Shown: positions 18,441 through 40,600 of the stretch, one piece after another
How positions within the stretch are numbered: position 1 is the stretch's first letter
How the letters are laid out: each line of letters begins with the position of its first letter
Made by a program: the position numbers and the translations under genes
The notes under the pieces: model-generated
Databases searched by the model: none
Told to the model about the DNA's origin: nothing
What the model saw: only the letters and a program-made list of their open reading frames with translations
Source: Chrysomallon squamiferum
Lineage: Eukaryota; Animalia; Mollusca
Assembly: GCA_012295275.1 (NCBI GenBank)
Contig: CM022674.1
Location: 11,284,001 to 11,348,000 of the forward strand
Length of the DNA stretch: 64,000 nucleotides
Direction of reading: 5' to 3'

Positions 18441-18512
<72 letters not shown>

Positions 18513-18864
18513 AGAATGTATAGATACATTTGTTTACATCCAGATAGGATACCCTGAGGAAAAAGGAAAAAAAAAAGGAAGAAAAGAAAAAGCAATAATT
18601 TCTTCAAGAAAATATTATCATTTGTTTTTCTTACCACGTGTTAAATTTTTAAACCATCAGCCATGTTTAAGTAATTTTACACAAGAAGCATGCACAAAAA
18701 TTAACAAAGCTTTAAAACCATTTCCAGCAATCAGTCTGCAGTGGCCTTTTGATTAACAACTGATTTCATCTAGAATTCTAGTTATCTGCCAAGTCAAGTT
18801 AGTGTGTATATACTCTAACCTGAGTTGCCGATGCTGAACATTTCATTGCAAAATTTGTGTATTT

Positions 18865-18937
18865 GAATTTGTCATCTAGGCAGAAATAAATGAAGATGAA
18901 ACCATGTTTTGTAAATCATGTGACCATTATGTTAAGA
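18865..18937. repeat. ~72-bp inverted repeat arm (partner 23384-23455)
   Basis: Reverse complement of 23384-23455 with ~3 substitutions and 1 indel. Confidence 0.9.
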
Positions 18938-19453
18938 GAAAAATAGAAAAATATATCAAGAAAGATAACCCCTGTATTCACACCATTTTGTTTTTTTAAT
19001 GATTATAATAAATGCATGCATGAAATTCAGTACAGAGTTTCAGTGATAATAAATATATTTTAAGTGTCTTTTGATTTTCTTCATCAACTTTTAGTGCATA
19101 TACAGTACCGATTTAATAAAATTTCAAAGATCTGATATTTCTTCTTGTTTTCGTGGCATCTTTATACCCCAAAACATCTTATGAGTCACAGGATATGATC
19201 ACTTATGCAATCATGTCTTGTCTGTTAATGTTAGTAAATAAAATTCAGTAGTAAACAGTAATAGTTAGGTTCTTTGTCTGTGCCCTTTAGATTCATTTCA
19301 TGTAGAATGTTTTTGTGAACTAATAAAAAACAATTGTCTAAAACGTCCATCTTCTTTCTAATCAGCTGTTTCATTTTCATTATTGATAGAAAATTGTATT
19401 GAATCTGAAAATAAATTTAAAAGCATTTTTTTCTTCAAAAAGTATTTTTTTAA

Positions 19454-19499
<46 letters not shown>

Positions 19500-20001
19500 A
19501 TACACAGAATAGCCCTTCACCAAAAAACAGAAAACAGTAATTTAGAAGTAAATATGCCTCTGTAAGCTTTACCAGTAGAAAGATACTGCTGAAACCAAGC
19601 ACCAAACCAAAAGCTTATCCTGATACCACTAAACATATTTACTCTTTGAATTATTTAATTTCATCAATAATTTTGATTATTTAAATAATCTGGGTTTCAT
19701 TAACAATTATCAATATTTAAAAAGTCTAAATGCTGTCAACAGTTTTGATTGTTAAAACTAGTCCTGATATTCTAATCAATTACAAAACTCACATCTCTCC
19801 AAAAGATTTATCTATTCACTCAATCATGCCCATACTCACTGAACTCTCCGTTTTACTCACACTAATTTAAACTCAATAAATATTTGTTTTCTTTCACCAA
19901 AACTCCCCAATTACTGATCTTTTAACTGTCACTCTTTCTCCTAAATTATAAAAAAGTTCTTACTACCATTAAATAAATTCTGACAGAATGCTCACTCAGT
20001 G

Positions 20002-20135
20002 CTCTCCAACTCACCACAACTCTCACCTGTCTACTCTCCAACTCACCACAACTCTCACCTGTCTACTCTCCAACTCACAACTCTCACCTGTCTACTCTCC
20101 AACTCACCACAACTCTCACCTGTCTACTCTCCAAA
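20002..20135. repeat. 32-bp minisatellite x4 (ctctccaactcaccacaactctcacctgtcta)
   Basis: Units start at 20002, 20034, 20066 (29 bp) and 20095. Lies just 3' of the channel-gene stop codon. Confidence 0.9.
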
Positions 20136-20254
20136 AGTTCTGACTCACTTCACTCTTCTCATGCTAATCAATTATTTTCATTCATCTTTCCTGCTCACTT
20201 GTCAAACAACTCTTGTATTCTTCATGAACCAATTACTCACTCTTGCTCACACTC

Positions 20255-28101
<7,847 letters not shown>

Positions 28102-28876
28102 TTTAGCGTGTTGGCGATCACATGCGATTGTTATTGTCATGTGACTTGAAACATCTTAATTTAGCTCGAGGTCAGCTGGTTTGACAGATGAGTTGCTAGC
28201 ACATGACGTTGAGTGTAAAATTATGTTAAATAATTTAAAATTTTATGGTATTATTTTAGTCTGATAGAAACTGACTCTAATATTATATTTAGCTCGCACG
28301 ATAAATATATAAAAAAATAATAAATTAGTTAACAACTGAATTTATTCATATAGCTAAAAAGAAATTATTATTAATACACACACACACGCACACACACACA
28401 CACACATACATACATACACACACACACACGGACAAAGCGTTTTATCAAAACCTATAAATAGATCGTATATACTTGTCAGATCTTCATGAATACATTCGTC
28501 AATGTGTCTGCATATTAATAAAATATCTTTCAAGCTTCTCGAGTGTTTAGGGTCCCTTACAAAGCAGAATACTTTTAATTATATGAAATAAACAGATACC
28601 TTTGATTCACATTTCGAAATGTTATAACTAATAATTTACTTATTTATTCATTAATTACAAATAAATATAAATTCATAAAATAACGAAAAATATAAACAGT
28701 TTAAATAAGTTTAATATCGGATTATTAGATTCACAAATTTTATTAATTTCAAAGACATAAATTTACTTACTTTTATTGATTCCATATTAAATTTACAAAA
28801 AATAAAAAATAAATAATTAAGTCACTAATAGTTTAATTAATATATATATATTTTTATTTATTATTGATTTGTTTTA

Positions 28877-28912
<36 letters not shown>

Positions 28913-29097
28913 CTGTGACAAAAGAAATACAATCCACGTGCAGTTGTTAATGCTATGACGTTATCCTTCAATTTTGTGCGTTCTCTTATATTTCGTTTGT
29001 TCAGCAATATAAATGTAATTATGACGTCAACAATAGAAACAATAGTTGCTCGCAGTGTGTTTTTAATAAGTGCAGAATTTGGGATTAATTCGGGAAA

Positions 29098-29146
<49 letters not shown>

Positions 29147-29184
29147 TGATGGTATATAAATGTCATATTACTGCCGGATATTTC
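28102..29184. promoter_or_regulatory. Putative bidirectional promoter region between the channel gene (-) and PIGP (+)
   Basis: Head-to-head arrangement. The channel ATG is at 28101. A candidate PIGP non-coding first exon ends at a GTGAGT donor at 29185. Confidence 0.4.
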
Positions 29185-30755
29185 GTGAGTACGTTAAACA
29201 TTTCTGTATTTTACTTTTATTTTAACTTTTATTATTATTGTTATTATTATTATTATTAGAAATCGAAATATAAGTTTATATTTTTTAAACAGAAACAGCG
29301 TTATTGTTTTTAAATAAGAAAGAAATTATTAATAAAATATTTACATTTACGGTTTCGTTTGTTTAGCTACTCTATTATTAAGTTCTGGTTTTTTAATTCT
29401 CTAGAGTTAAGTCCCTTGATGTATACAACAAAATGTGAAATGAAACATTTTGTTTTCGATAATGATAGATTTTAAGTATATTATACTTATCGTAAGACTG
29501 TAAAAAACGTGTGAAGTAAAATGTGATAATATTTTGTCACACTCGGATCTTGTGCCTAATATCGATTTTTAAAAAGTACGTGAACTTTTTACTTGTATAT
29601 GCTGTTCTTCCTAGTTTTCTTACGGTATTTGAATTCTTGAGTTTTGTAAAGCAAAATAATTATACTATTTGTAATTTTGTAGTCTAAAAATAAAAATATT
29701 TTGTTCTTCTTACTTTTATATATATATATATGTTTTATTATTACCTTTTAATTACGTTTATTTAAAAGAATATAGAATATAAAATTTGTAGATAATGATA
29801 AATGGAATAAACTGAAATTTTTAATGATGATATTGATAATTATTATCATAATAGGGAATAAATTATCTTTTTAGGTGTGTTTAGATTGACAAATTAAAAT
29901 TAAACAGTTACAGTAAGGTTTCAACTTTATTAAATTATTATTTTTCTTTTCTTTTTCTTTTTAACTTTAATTCATATATAGCTGAGCCTGTGAATGAATA
30001 TTTAAAAGATACACAAAAAGAAAACAAAAAACCCAACAACACACAAAAAAATCCCCCCAAAACATATATGTCTTTATTTTGAAAATGTTAAAAAAAAAAA
30101 TGAACCCAAATCAAAGAAAAATAATTCTGACACTGTTAACCATTTTCACAAAGCTCTCAGTTTACATATAGGAGACATGGTTTCACTAACAATTTTAGTA
30201 GTAAACTGTATGATTGATTATTATACTAGAAAAAGAAATATCTATTCTAGTATTATAATGAAAAAGATATTATCAGTTTTATAAATATAATAATGTATGG
30301 CCAAAATTTCATAATAATAATAATAATGAAAAATTAAATAAAATGAGATAAATAAATAAATAAGAAGACAATGAAGATGAAAGAAAGAAAGGATTAACTA
30401 GCCACTGAAATGAATGGAATGTTTTGGTATGATAAGAACCTGACTTGTGGTGGATCTAGATTTGAGAAGTGTTCCTTTTATTTAGGATTTTTAGGTGTGT
30501 TTTTTTTTAAAATAAAATATTGGCATTTTCTGTCAATGTACAGAAAACTGTAGAATATGTCTGCCAGCATCCTGTTGTATTATGGTACATGTGAACTGTG
30601 TGTAATTTTTCAGTTGTACCTTTTCATAATGTTTTGGTGTCCTTTTTGTCATGGACCCCACCCCCTCATCAGAAACGCTGGCTCTGCCTCAGCTGACCTA
30701 GAGTATATTTAGTTTAGTTGTTTATCTTTTTCAGATTGTCAGAATTGAGAACAAA

Positions 30756-30911
30756 ATGCCTGAACATTCTCCTTCTCCAACTCCAGACAGAGCTGTGAAT
30801 GGCTTTGTTCTCTACTTGACGTCCATCATGGCAATGGGCAAGTTACATTTACTTTATTAGTTTACTTTTTAATGTGACTTCTTATCAAGGAATAATAATA
30901 ATAATAATAAT

Positions 30912-30971
<60 letters not shown>

Positions 30972-33352
30972 AATAATAAAAATAATAATAATAATAAATA
31001 AATAAACAGGGTGCTTGAAGAAATAGCAATTTGGCAACAATTTAATTATTTGCCACTGGTATGTTTTTTTTGTGTTTTTTAATTTGATGTAGCACATGAT
31101 GTATAAACTGTTACTATTATGTAAATTAGACTAGTAAAGTCTGAGCCCTTTTAAATTTTGATTTCAATTTTAGTTTCTTTATTATTCTGCACAGTTTTAA
31201 ATTGTTATGTAAAATATTAAATTTAAAACTTGTTTTAGTTCATCAAATATAAACCATTATTACTACAAAACCACTCAGTGAATGTTAATTCTGGTTTTCA
31301 ATTTAATTTTTTTTTTGACTTTTGGGTGTGAATGGACAGTGGGCAACTGTCCAGTCAGCAAATGTCCTACAATTATAAGAATAGCCCATAAAATGGCAGC
31401 ATCAAGTTTTCCTATCACAGTGCAAGAAACTGACTGAATGTCTTATAACCATATTAAAATGTTTTGTGATGTCGATATCTAGTCATTCATTTATAAAATA
31501 GAATTATCAATTTGTACAAGTATCATTTTTCAGTTTTACTTAGTATATACATTTTCATATATTAAAGTGACCATGTTTCACTGTTGCTGTTAATTAATGC
31601 AGTAACCTATTAATAAATTATAATGTAATTTGCACTATGTAACTATATTTTGTTTTTCTCATATATCAGCTGTAATCATTATACTACAATAATATTTTAA
31701 ATATTAGGTAGATTGAAATTAATATTATGTGACACATGAACTTAAAAAAGTAGACTGTATTGCAACTGAGCTTTTTATATTTACTAACCTTATATAAATA
31801 TATGTAATGTGTGAATATGAAAAAAAAACCCATTGTTATTGTGTTGGCGTATGCATGTGTGTGTTTGTGTGTCTGTGTGTGTGTTCTATTTGTATGTCCT
31901 GTGTATATAGTTGTGCTTTTTACCTTTAGAAACATACTTACATATATATATACAGTATATAATTTAAAAAAAATATATATTGCATTATCTATTATTATGT
32001 TACATTTATTGTGATCATCACCATTGTGCATCTATAATGTCCAGTATCAGATGAAAGCCTCAGTCTGTTGTTCCTGTCTTGCACTGTCTTCTGCCAGTTT
32101 GTTCTTTTCCATTTCATCCCCTTTATCATCTCACTGGTCTGTGTTATACTATAATACATTATGTGTCGAATTTATTTCTCTATTTCAGGGGTGTACATAG
32201 TATGGGCATACATACCAGACACCTGGTTACATGCAGCAGGTTTAACCTATTGGCCTCAAAAGTAAGTATTTTCTGCACCTGTATTTTCCACTTAAACACA
32301 AGATTAAAAAAAGATTTTCTAGAACCATAATTAACATTAATTAATAATTTAATTGACATACTTGCTCACTCATAACTTTTGTGACAGAATTTTCACCAAC
32401 ATGAGTAAGTTAATTAAGTTTAAAAAAAGTAATACTGTGTTGATAATCTTATATGTTGTTTTTAATGTTGTTGTTGTTGTTGTTGCAGATACTGGGCCAT
32501 TGCTATCCCTGTGTACCTCTGCATTGTGTTTTTGCTTGCTTATCCTTTGTACATGGGACTCACTTTAATGAACACTCAGCCCCTGACATCCATACACACC
32601 ATAACAGGTAAGAATTGATTGTAAATGTAAACTGAATATACTATTACAGGTGAGAAAACAAACAGCACCACATCCCTTGTATCAATACAAACAGGTAAAT
32701 GTTAATATTCACCTGAAAATATTATTACAGGTGAGAATTTAATCTGTTCTCCTTATACATGCTGTTTCAAGTTAGAATTTAATTTAATTTGATTATACAT
32801 TAAAAAGGTAAGACATTTATGTCTTGGAATATTACATATAACCTTTTATTATTATATTTTAGTATTAATATATTAAGTTAGTTTATTATATATATTGTAT
32901 AATAATCTAATATAGTTAAAGTTCAGATTTTTTTAATTTGGATATATTTGTCTTTGTAAAATGTATAATACTTAATTAAGACATTTTAAAAGTCACGATT
33001 TAATTTACACCAGTCCTATTTTCTCAATAAATTATAACAAATGAGAGTTTAATCTACATCAGCTCTACAGTATAGCAGGTAAAAATTAAATCTACAGCAC
33101 ACATCATGTCAAAAGAAAATGGATAACACATCACCTCACATTAATAATCTTATTAGCAGGTAAGATTTTAATCTTTCTTTTAATAAAGAAAATATTTGGG
33201 TCGTCAAAAACTTTCTCAGAGTATTTTCCTTCTTGTTTCAGACGAACACGCGCGTGCTGAAAAACACGACACATCAGACGACGTAATCCCGCCAATTGCA
33301 GACATGTCAATATCAGACGTCAACAGACTTTTGTTTTTAAACGATCCTGGCT

Positions 33353-33354
<2 letters not shown>
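30756..33354 (+). CDS. PIGP: Phosphatidylinositol N-acetylglucosaminyltransferase subunit P (PIG-P), 128 aa
   Basis: Exons 30756-30837 (GC donor), 32189-32261, 32489-32607 and 33242-33354 give [20 protein letters not shown]...[33 protein letters not shown]...[13 protein letters not shown]...[17 protein letters not shown]. These are hallmark PIG-P motifs. AATAAA at 33418. Confidence 0.96.
32601..33175 (+). repeat. Degenerate ~40-bp repeat of the PIGP exon/intron junction (ACAG|GTRAGAATTTAATCT)
   Basis: Donor-like GT at 32608 (real), 32650, 32695, 32731, 32771, 32808, 33079 and 33160. Confidence 0.7.
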
Positions 33355-33385
<31 letters not shown>

Positions 33386-34122
33386 TTATTACTTCATTAT
33401 ATCATGTTTTAATTTTAAATAAAAACGTATTTTATATACATTTTATTGATTTGTTATTTGCTTGTGGCAGTACGAATAAATTAGCTAATACAATTCTATA
33501 AGTTAATGGAAATTGCGAAATTATTTATTTATTATTTTTTTTATTTATCATTATTATTATTGTTCTTGTATTATACGACATTTTACCTCTTTCAACAAAT
33601 TATAAAATTAAAATGATACAAAAGTTTTGAATAATGACTTTTTATTTGTTCGAAAAGAAGATGAAAAAATTGCTGTTAGATTATCAAGTGAAGAAATCTG
33701 TCCTGTTACTCGTATATACGTTTTCTTAAAAATCTTAAAAAGTTTAAAGTAATTCTCTTTACGTAGTTCTTTTAATGCAATCAAACGGAAGGGGATTTGT
33801 TTTAAACAATATTTATATTTGTTTTTATCAACAGATGGGTTTGGACAAGGATTTCAGTGGAGAGAAGAAGCTATATTGGTTCAAAACTCACTACAAAATT
33901 AATTTCAAAATTATTAAATCTTTAAAAAAAACAACCCCAAAACCCCCCAAAATAACAACAAAAAACAACGGCAACAACAACAAAATAATGATGATGATGA
34001 TGATGATGATGATAATAATAATGATAAGAAATTTACCAGAACAGAAAGTGTTGAAGCCAGTAACAGGAAAAAGTAATGATAAGCATCGTTTTTGTTTGGG
34101 AACAAATAGAGAAAGTTAAAAA

Positions 34123-34176
<54 letters not shown>

Positions 34177-35634
34177 TTATTTATTTATTTATTTATTTAT
34201 TTTACCTTTCTTGTTTTTATATTTATGTTTCTAAGAATAAATACACTCCGGCATCCATGGGGCAAACATCACTCCTTATTTTTGTATCAACTTATTTTTA
34301 ATATCCCGTCGTCATGATTAATCCTTATGAAATATTATATCTATCCTTCGAAATTTTCGTTTGTTGTCGTTTTTCTCTGTCTTTTCTTCTTATTTTTCTT
34401 TCTCCTTATAGTTAATAATAATTAACTAAATCTGTTTGAATAATGAAACGAACCGTCTCCAACCCACGCACCACATTCATCGAAATGGTTTTTCTGCTCT
34501 CATGATGAATTACTCGTAGAGCTAATAGACAGTTTTAATTAAATTTAATACCATGCTATCATCACTGTTAAACGTGAAAATGAATTGCTAATTTTAACTC
34601 CTTTTCGTTTAGTTCGTGACGTTCGTTATTGTTGTTGTTGCTGTTGTTGTTGTTGTTGTTATTATTGTTATTAATAATTTTTGGTTGCTGTTGTATTTGT
34701 TTATAAACATTTCTTATAGACGGTTTAATAGTGACAATATGTTAATTACCATGACTGATGTATATATAAACATCCCCCAAGCTCATACAAAAGGACTAAA
34801 AGGTCATTATGTTCTATAAGCAAAATCCAAAGACAGTATTTAGATATTTGTACATAGATTTAATCTCCATCACATGTGCCATTTTGTTCACTTTTCAAAA
34901 TATGTATATACGTCGCAAGTGAAAATTAATCACATGACCAAATGCCACGTGTTAAACGTTTGGCTCCAACCCAAAAACACACACACACACACGCACAAAC
35001 ACAGACACACAAATACCTACATACATAAACATCTACATATATATACATACCTACGTACATACTTTCACATATACATACGTACATACGTGCATACATATAT
35101 ATATATATATATATATATACATACATACAGTATAATTTTAAATTTGAAAAACTTACATACACTTATACATTCGTATACTTGCATACACACAAAAAACATT
35201 AATACAACAACACAGACTCAGAAAGTTTATATCCTTGATCAACAGATGAAATGAATTTAATTCATCAGCGACGTTGGTGAGGTCGTGATTGAACTCTGTT
35301 GTCCTATTCCATTGCTTGCCTCAGTCTCCTCAGTTCGTAAACTCTAATCAGCCATATATAAGAGAACACAATATTTATATCCAAATATATATATAGAATT
35401 TTTTTTTTTTATATATATATTTAGACAGACAGTTGTATTTTAATATTAGGGACTATTGGGTTATTTAAAAAAAATATAATTACGTTTTTGGGGTGTGGGG
35501 ATTTTATGATGATGAATACTGTCAACATCATGGAATATTGTTGTTTTTTTAGCAGAAAAATGTTTTTAATCTGGATTCCTCACAGACAAACATTTGTTAA
35601 TGGAAAAGAAAATCATATGAGACAGTTAAAGAAT

Positions 35635-36090
35635 AAACTGTATATGATGTATACGTTAAAACAACGACTTTATAAATAAATTAAAATAAAATAAATTAAA
35701 ATGAAATAGAATAGAATAAAATAATATAAAACTGTATATTTCAACGTTAAAACAAAGACTTTATAAATAAATAGAATAAAATGATATAAAACTGTATATT
35801 TCAACGTTAAAACAAAGACTTTATAAATAAATAAAATAAAATAAAATAAAACTGTATATTTCAACGTTAAAACAAAGACTTTATAAATAAATAAAATAAA
35901 ATAAAATAAAACTGTATATTTAAACGTTAAAACAAAGACTTTATAAATAAATAAAATAAAAGGCTATAAAATTGTGTATTTAAACGTTAAAAAAAACTAT
36001 AAAAATAAAATAAAATAAAATAAAATAAATTAAAGTAAATTAAAGTAAATTAAAACTATATTTAAACGTTAAAATAAATTTTATAAATAA
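35635..36090. repeat. 60-bp minisatellite, ~7 units (aaactgtatatttcaacgttaaaacaaagactttataaataaataaaat...)
   Basis: Consecutive 60-nt lines 35701-35940 align in register. Confidence 0.92.
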
Positions 36091-36799
36091 AACAAAATAA
36101 AATAAATTAAATTAAAATAAAATAAATACAAGAATGTGCATCGTTTACAGTATAATATATTTTGGTGTGAAAAGTTTAATCTCTGAATTTATATTTTATT
36201 TTATTTTTTTTTTTTTTCAGTGATCAGTGATCTTTTGTAGTTGTTTGACCTATAATGTTATCTGGACAAATTTAGAATTTTCCTTTTTTTATTCTTTTCT
36301 TTCTTTCTTTTCTTTTTTCATTTATTATTTTTAATTTTAATTGATTTTACGGTAATTGTAGATATCGTCGCCCATGTTTGCCTCAGTTTTAATATTATTA
36401 AGTTAAACGAAATATGCAGTATATAGAAAATAATAAACAAACAAACAAATAAATAATAATAAAAAAAATAATAACTAAGTAAATAAGTATATAAATAAAT
36501 ACATAAACAAACTTTAAAAAATAAAATATATATATAAAAATAAAATATATATATAAAAATAAAAAAATATATATATCAAATAAAAAAACAAATTAAAAAA
36601 TTAAATATACAGACTTTTTATAGATCACTCTCGCCTTTTTTTACTATCAAATTTCACATTAATACCAACATCTGGTCTGAGAAATATTGATTTATTAAAA
36701 ATTCTTCTTAATGAAATAAGCAGGCGATACATATGTACAATTTTAATATTTCGAGGTAACATGATAGCGGTCAAACGTACAGAAATAGTCAGACGCCGA

Positions 36800-36835
36800 T
36801 ATAAAGTCACGATTTTTTCTATCCACATCAGAGAC
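36800..36835 (+). promoter_or_regulatory. TATA box and initiator-like site of the trunk/PTTH-like gene
   Basis: TATAAA at 36800-36805, TCAG ~28 nt downstream, ATG at 36876. Confidence 0.5.
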
Positions 36836-36875
36836 ATGACTCTCTGACACAGCGTCTACAACAACACAGACGACG

Positions 36876-37165
36876 ATGTCCAGCATGTTCCAGGTAAGAC
36901 GACGTTTGTCAATTTTACTTTTCAAAAAATAGTTTGGTTCTTTAGTTATTTCCTCCTTATTTGTTTGCGATCTTTTAAAACTGTTATTTCTCTGACTCTT
37001 CTTTCACTTTACTTCATTCTTTCTTTCTTTTTTCTTTGTTCCTTTTTCTTTCTTTCTTTCTTTTAGTTACATTTAGTTCGTTTTAGCTGCTTTTACTATC
37101 TGTGTTTAATAATTTAGAAAACAATATATTTTTCATTATAAACTTTAAGTATTTTTACATTTATG

Positions 37166-37245
<80 letters not shown>

Positions 37246-37378
37246 GTTATAAAAAGGGTCACATAATGAAAGGGTTTGACGTTGCCAGCAAGATATATTT
37301 GGCACAATACTTTAGAGAACAAAACCAAGACTTTAAAGTAAATAAAGTAAATAAAGTAAATAATTAAATAATAATGAC

Positions 37379-37423
<45 letters not shown>

Positions 37424-37491
37424 TCAAACTAACTTTTATAACTTTGAACAACAAAAAAACCAAATCAAAAAACCCCCCAAAAACACACAAA

Positions 37492-37534
<43 letters not shown>

Positions 37535-38378
37535 GACAGAAAAAACAGAAAAGCATAGCGGTATAAATAAGTGGTAAGTTTTTCAAAATTTTCATTTTTC
37601 TAAATTAGTGAATGACGTTTCCAAATACCCTATTGCTTAAATATACACACAAGCGTAGGAATAATTGTTTTAATCAAATTCTTTATTCAAGTTAACATCT
37701 TATTGTTTAGGGTCATTCTCGATAAAAGTAAGACAGTACCCATTTATAACCATTTTATCCTTTCGCAGCTGAAATCATGACGTCTTCACGTACTGGCGGA
37801 CTGATAGGTTTTCATTATAAGACCTGAAGAAAAAAACAGATATAGAGAAAATCGGTGCGCCCTTTAATTTGAAGTCAAGGTTAAAGAAAAATAGCGGCGT
37901 CCATGTATATTTAATAATGTTATGCTTCATTATAAATTAAGACTGATAACGAATAAAATATAACTTGGAAGCATGCAGATTATATTTAGATTAGTTCTCC
38001 GTATACCGAAGGCACACAGTAATAATTAAATAAATCTTATTGTAAAATTATTCCTAAGATTTGTCCGGAACTAATCCCACTTTTTCTTCGAATCAGCGTG
38101 CTTAAAGAAAAACAGTAGATCATTAGTTGTCAGATACAATTTTAAGAAATGTTTTTGTCTATTCTCATTGCTTTATTTTTATTATATTTTATTTTATTTT
38201 ATTTTTATTTTTACCTTTCGATATAAAAGTTAAACTGGATATTTACTTATCTTTACTTATTATAAGTGATATTTTTTACTACTACTACTATTACTATTAT
38301 TATTATTGTTATTAAAGTCGTGGTTGTTACTACTGATACTCATCTTATTTTCCGTATTTATTTATCTGTTTACTTATT

Positions 38379-38409
<31 letters not shown>

Positions 38410-38920
38410 TCAGGAGAATTTCTTTTTCTTTCTTTTTTGTCATTTTTTTTTTTTCCGTTAAAATAAATAGTAAGCATCACCAAATATTATATTTCTTACC
38501 GGACTGATGTTAATAAAGAGATCTGCTACAACATGGCGCGACTTTCATATTTGCAATCTGCATACACGGGAGCATGGCAACGAGGTCATAAGGTCACCAC
38601 TAATTATCATTCGTGGAAATCTTTCTGCAAAAATTTCATTAGCAAATCTGCAGTACCAGGTGTTAAACTAATTTCTGTTTTGACGTTAATAACACTGTAA
38701 GGGATATTTCGTTTATTTGCAGCAAGAAATACTTTAACCCTGACCTCTAACGTCCCCATTTTGTAAAGTTACTGATTATCTGTAACAAAGTGTCTGATTC
38801 TGAATGTCTGTCTTAATTACCTTCTGCATTTCTAAGACAGAGTAATTACTTGGTTCGTAAAGATTATATTCATATTTGTAATAATAATAATAACAATAAT
38901 AATAACAACAACAACAACAA

Positions 38921-38973
<53 letters not shown>

Positions 38974-39043
38974 TGATGATGATGATGATAATAATGATAT
39001 CGATCATGATAGTTTTATTCAGAAGTCAACTCTCACAAATGGC

Positions 39044-39113
<70 letters not shown>

Positions 39114-39543
39114 AATTACGACATTTTGTGATTTTTTTTATTTTTAATTTTCGAAATGTTAATCTGTAGTTGGAATACATTTTAAGATATCTTAGATTAC
39201 AAATAATTAAAAACAACAATAACAAAAAAGAAAAACAAAACAAAACAACCTTGATGCAATATTAGGAAATTTACAAAATTATTTGTTAACAAGGGAAGAA
39301 TCAGAAATATAAGTTTAGAAACCTTTCTATTTGTAACTTTCAAAAGAAATACTTTTTTCCTGTGTATTTTTCTCTTTTGCACCAAATAAATATTTGAGTT
39401 TAAAATATTCTAAAACATCATGTAAAGTTTAACTAATAATTTAAAAATAAATAAATAAATAAATAAGTAAATAAATAAATAAATAATATAGTAAGTAAGT
39501 AAATAAATAAATAAGTAAGTAAGTAAGTAAATAAATAAATAAA

Positions 39544-39575
<32 letters not shown>

Positions 39576-40424
39576 TAAAAATATAAATCATTCAGCTTTG
39601 ATCTGAGAAAAACAATTAGAATTTACCTGTCTCTTACACTGAAAATAAAATAAAATATTATGCAAATAATTTGAACTAAAATGTTTGTATATCATCTTTC
39701 AAATACTAAATGTCAAAACGACGTACTACATGTTTAATAAACAACTGCAAAAACCAAATAGTGTAACTCTACACACCAGAAATATAAACTGTAAACCGGG
39801 ACGTGTGTGTGTGTGTGTGTGTGTGTGTGGAAGTATGTATGTATGTATGTATGTATGTATGAATATATGTATGTATGTATGTTTATGTTTGTTGATGAGT
39901 ATACGGTCAAGCTGTAATGCCTAAACAAATCAGTCATTTTGCAAAGTTCCTTTGACCAGCAGAGAAACTTCCAAACATTTCATGAAACAAGTGAACATCT
40001 TGACCAGCCATTACACAAACTGATTACAGTGTTTCAAGTCTTAATGCTGACTTTTGTAAACAGGCTTTTGCTCTTAAATATTGTTAAGAACAACATTTTA
40101 AGAACAAACGAAGTGTTCTGATTATATGATTTAAAGTAATATTTTTTGTTTTGTTCTTTAAAAATATTAAACATTCACTTAATGTTCAACATTGAGAATC
40201 TCATAGAAAATGTTTTTAATATTACTAAACAGACAACACAGAACCTGCTGTGTTATCATATCAGAGAATGGTGCATTTATCAGAGAGAAATAATGTATTA
40301 AAATGAATGAATCGCTATAAAGCCATCAAACAGGCATTTAACTCTTAGTTAATATCTATGTTCGCTCTTTTCACGTGTTGTGTTTGTTTGTGTATGTGTG
40401 TGTGTGTCTGTCTGTGTGAGTGTA

Positions 40425-40455
<31 letters not shown>

Positions 40456-40569
40456 GTGTATATGTGTGTTTGTTTGTGTGTGTGTCTGTCTGTGTGAGTG
40501 TGTGTCTGTGTGTGTGTCTGTGTGTGTGTTTGTGTGTTTGTGTGTAGTTGTGTGTGTGTGTGTGCTGTC

Positions 40570-40600
<31 letters not shown>

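Noticed and set aside
30440-30700. Possible MITE relic (ggtggatctag ... ctggctctgcctc ends)
   Set aside because: The terminal inverted match is too weak and no target-site duplication is visible.
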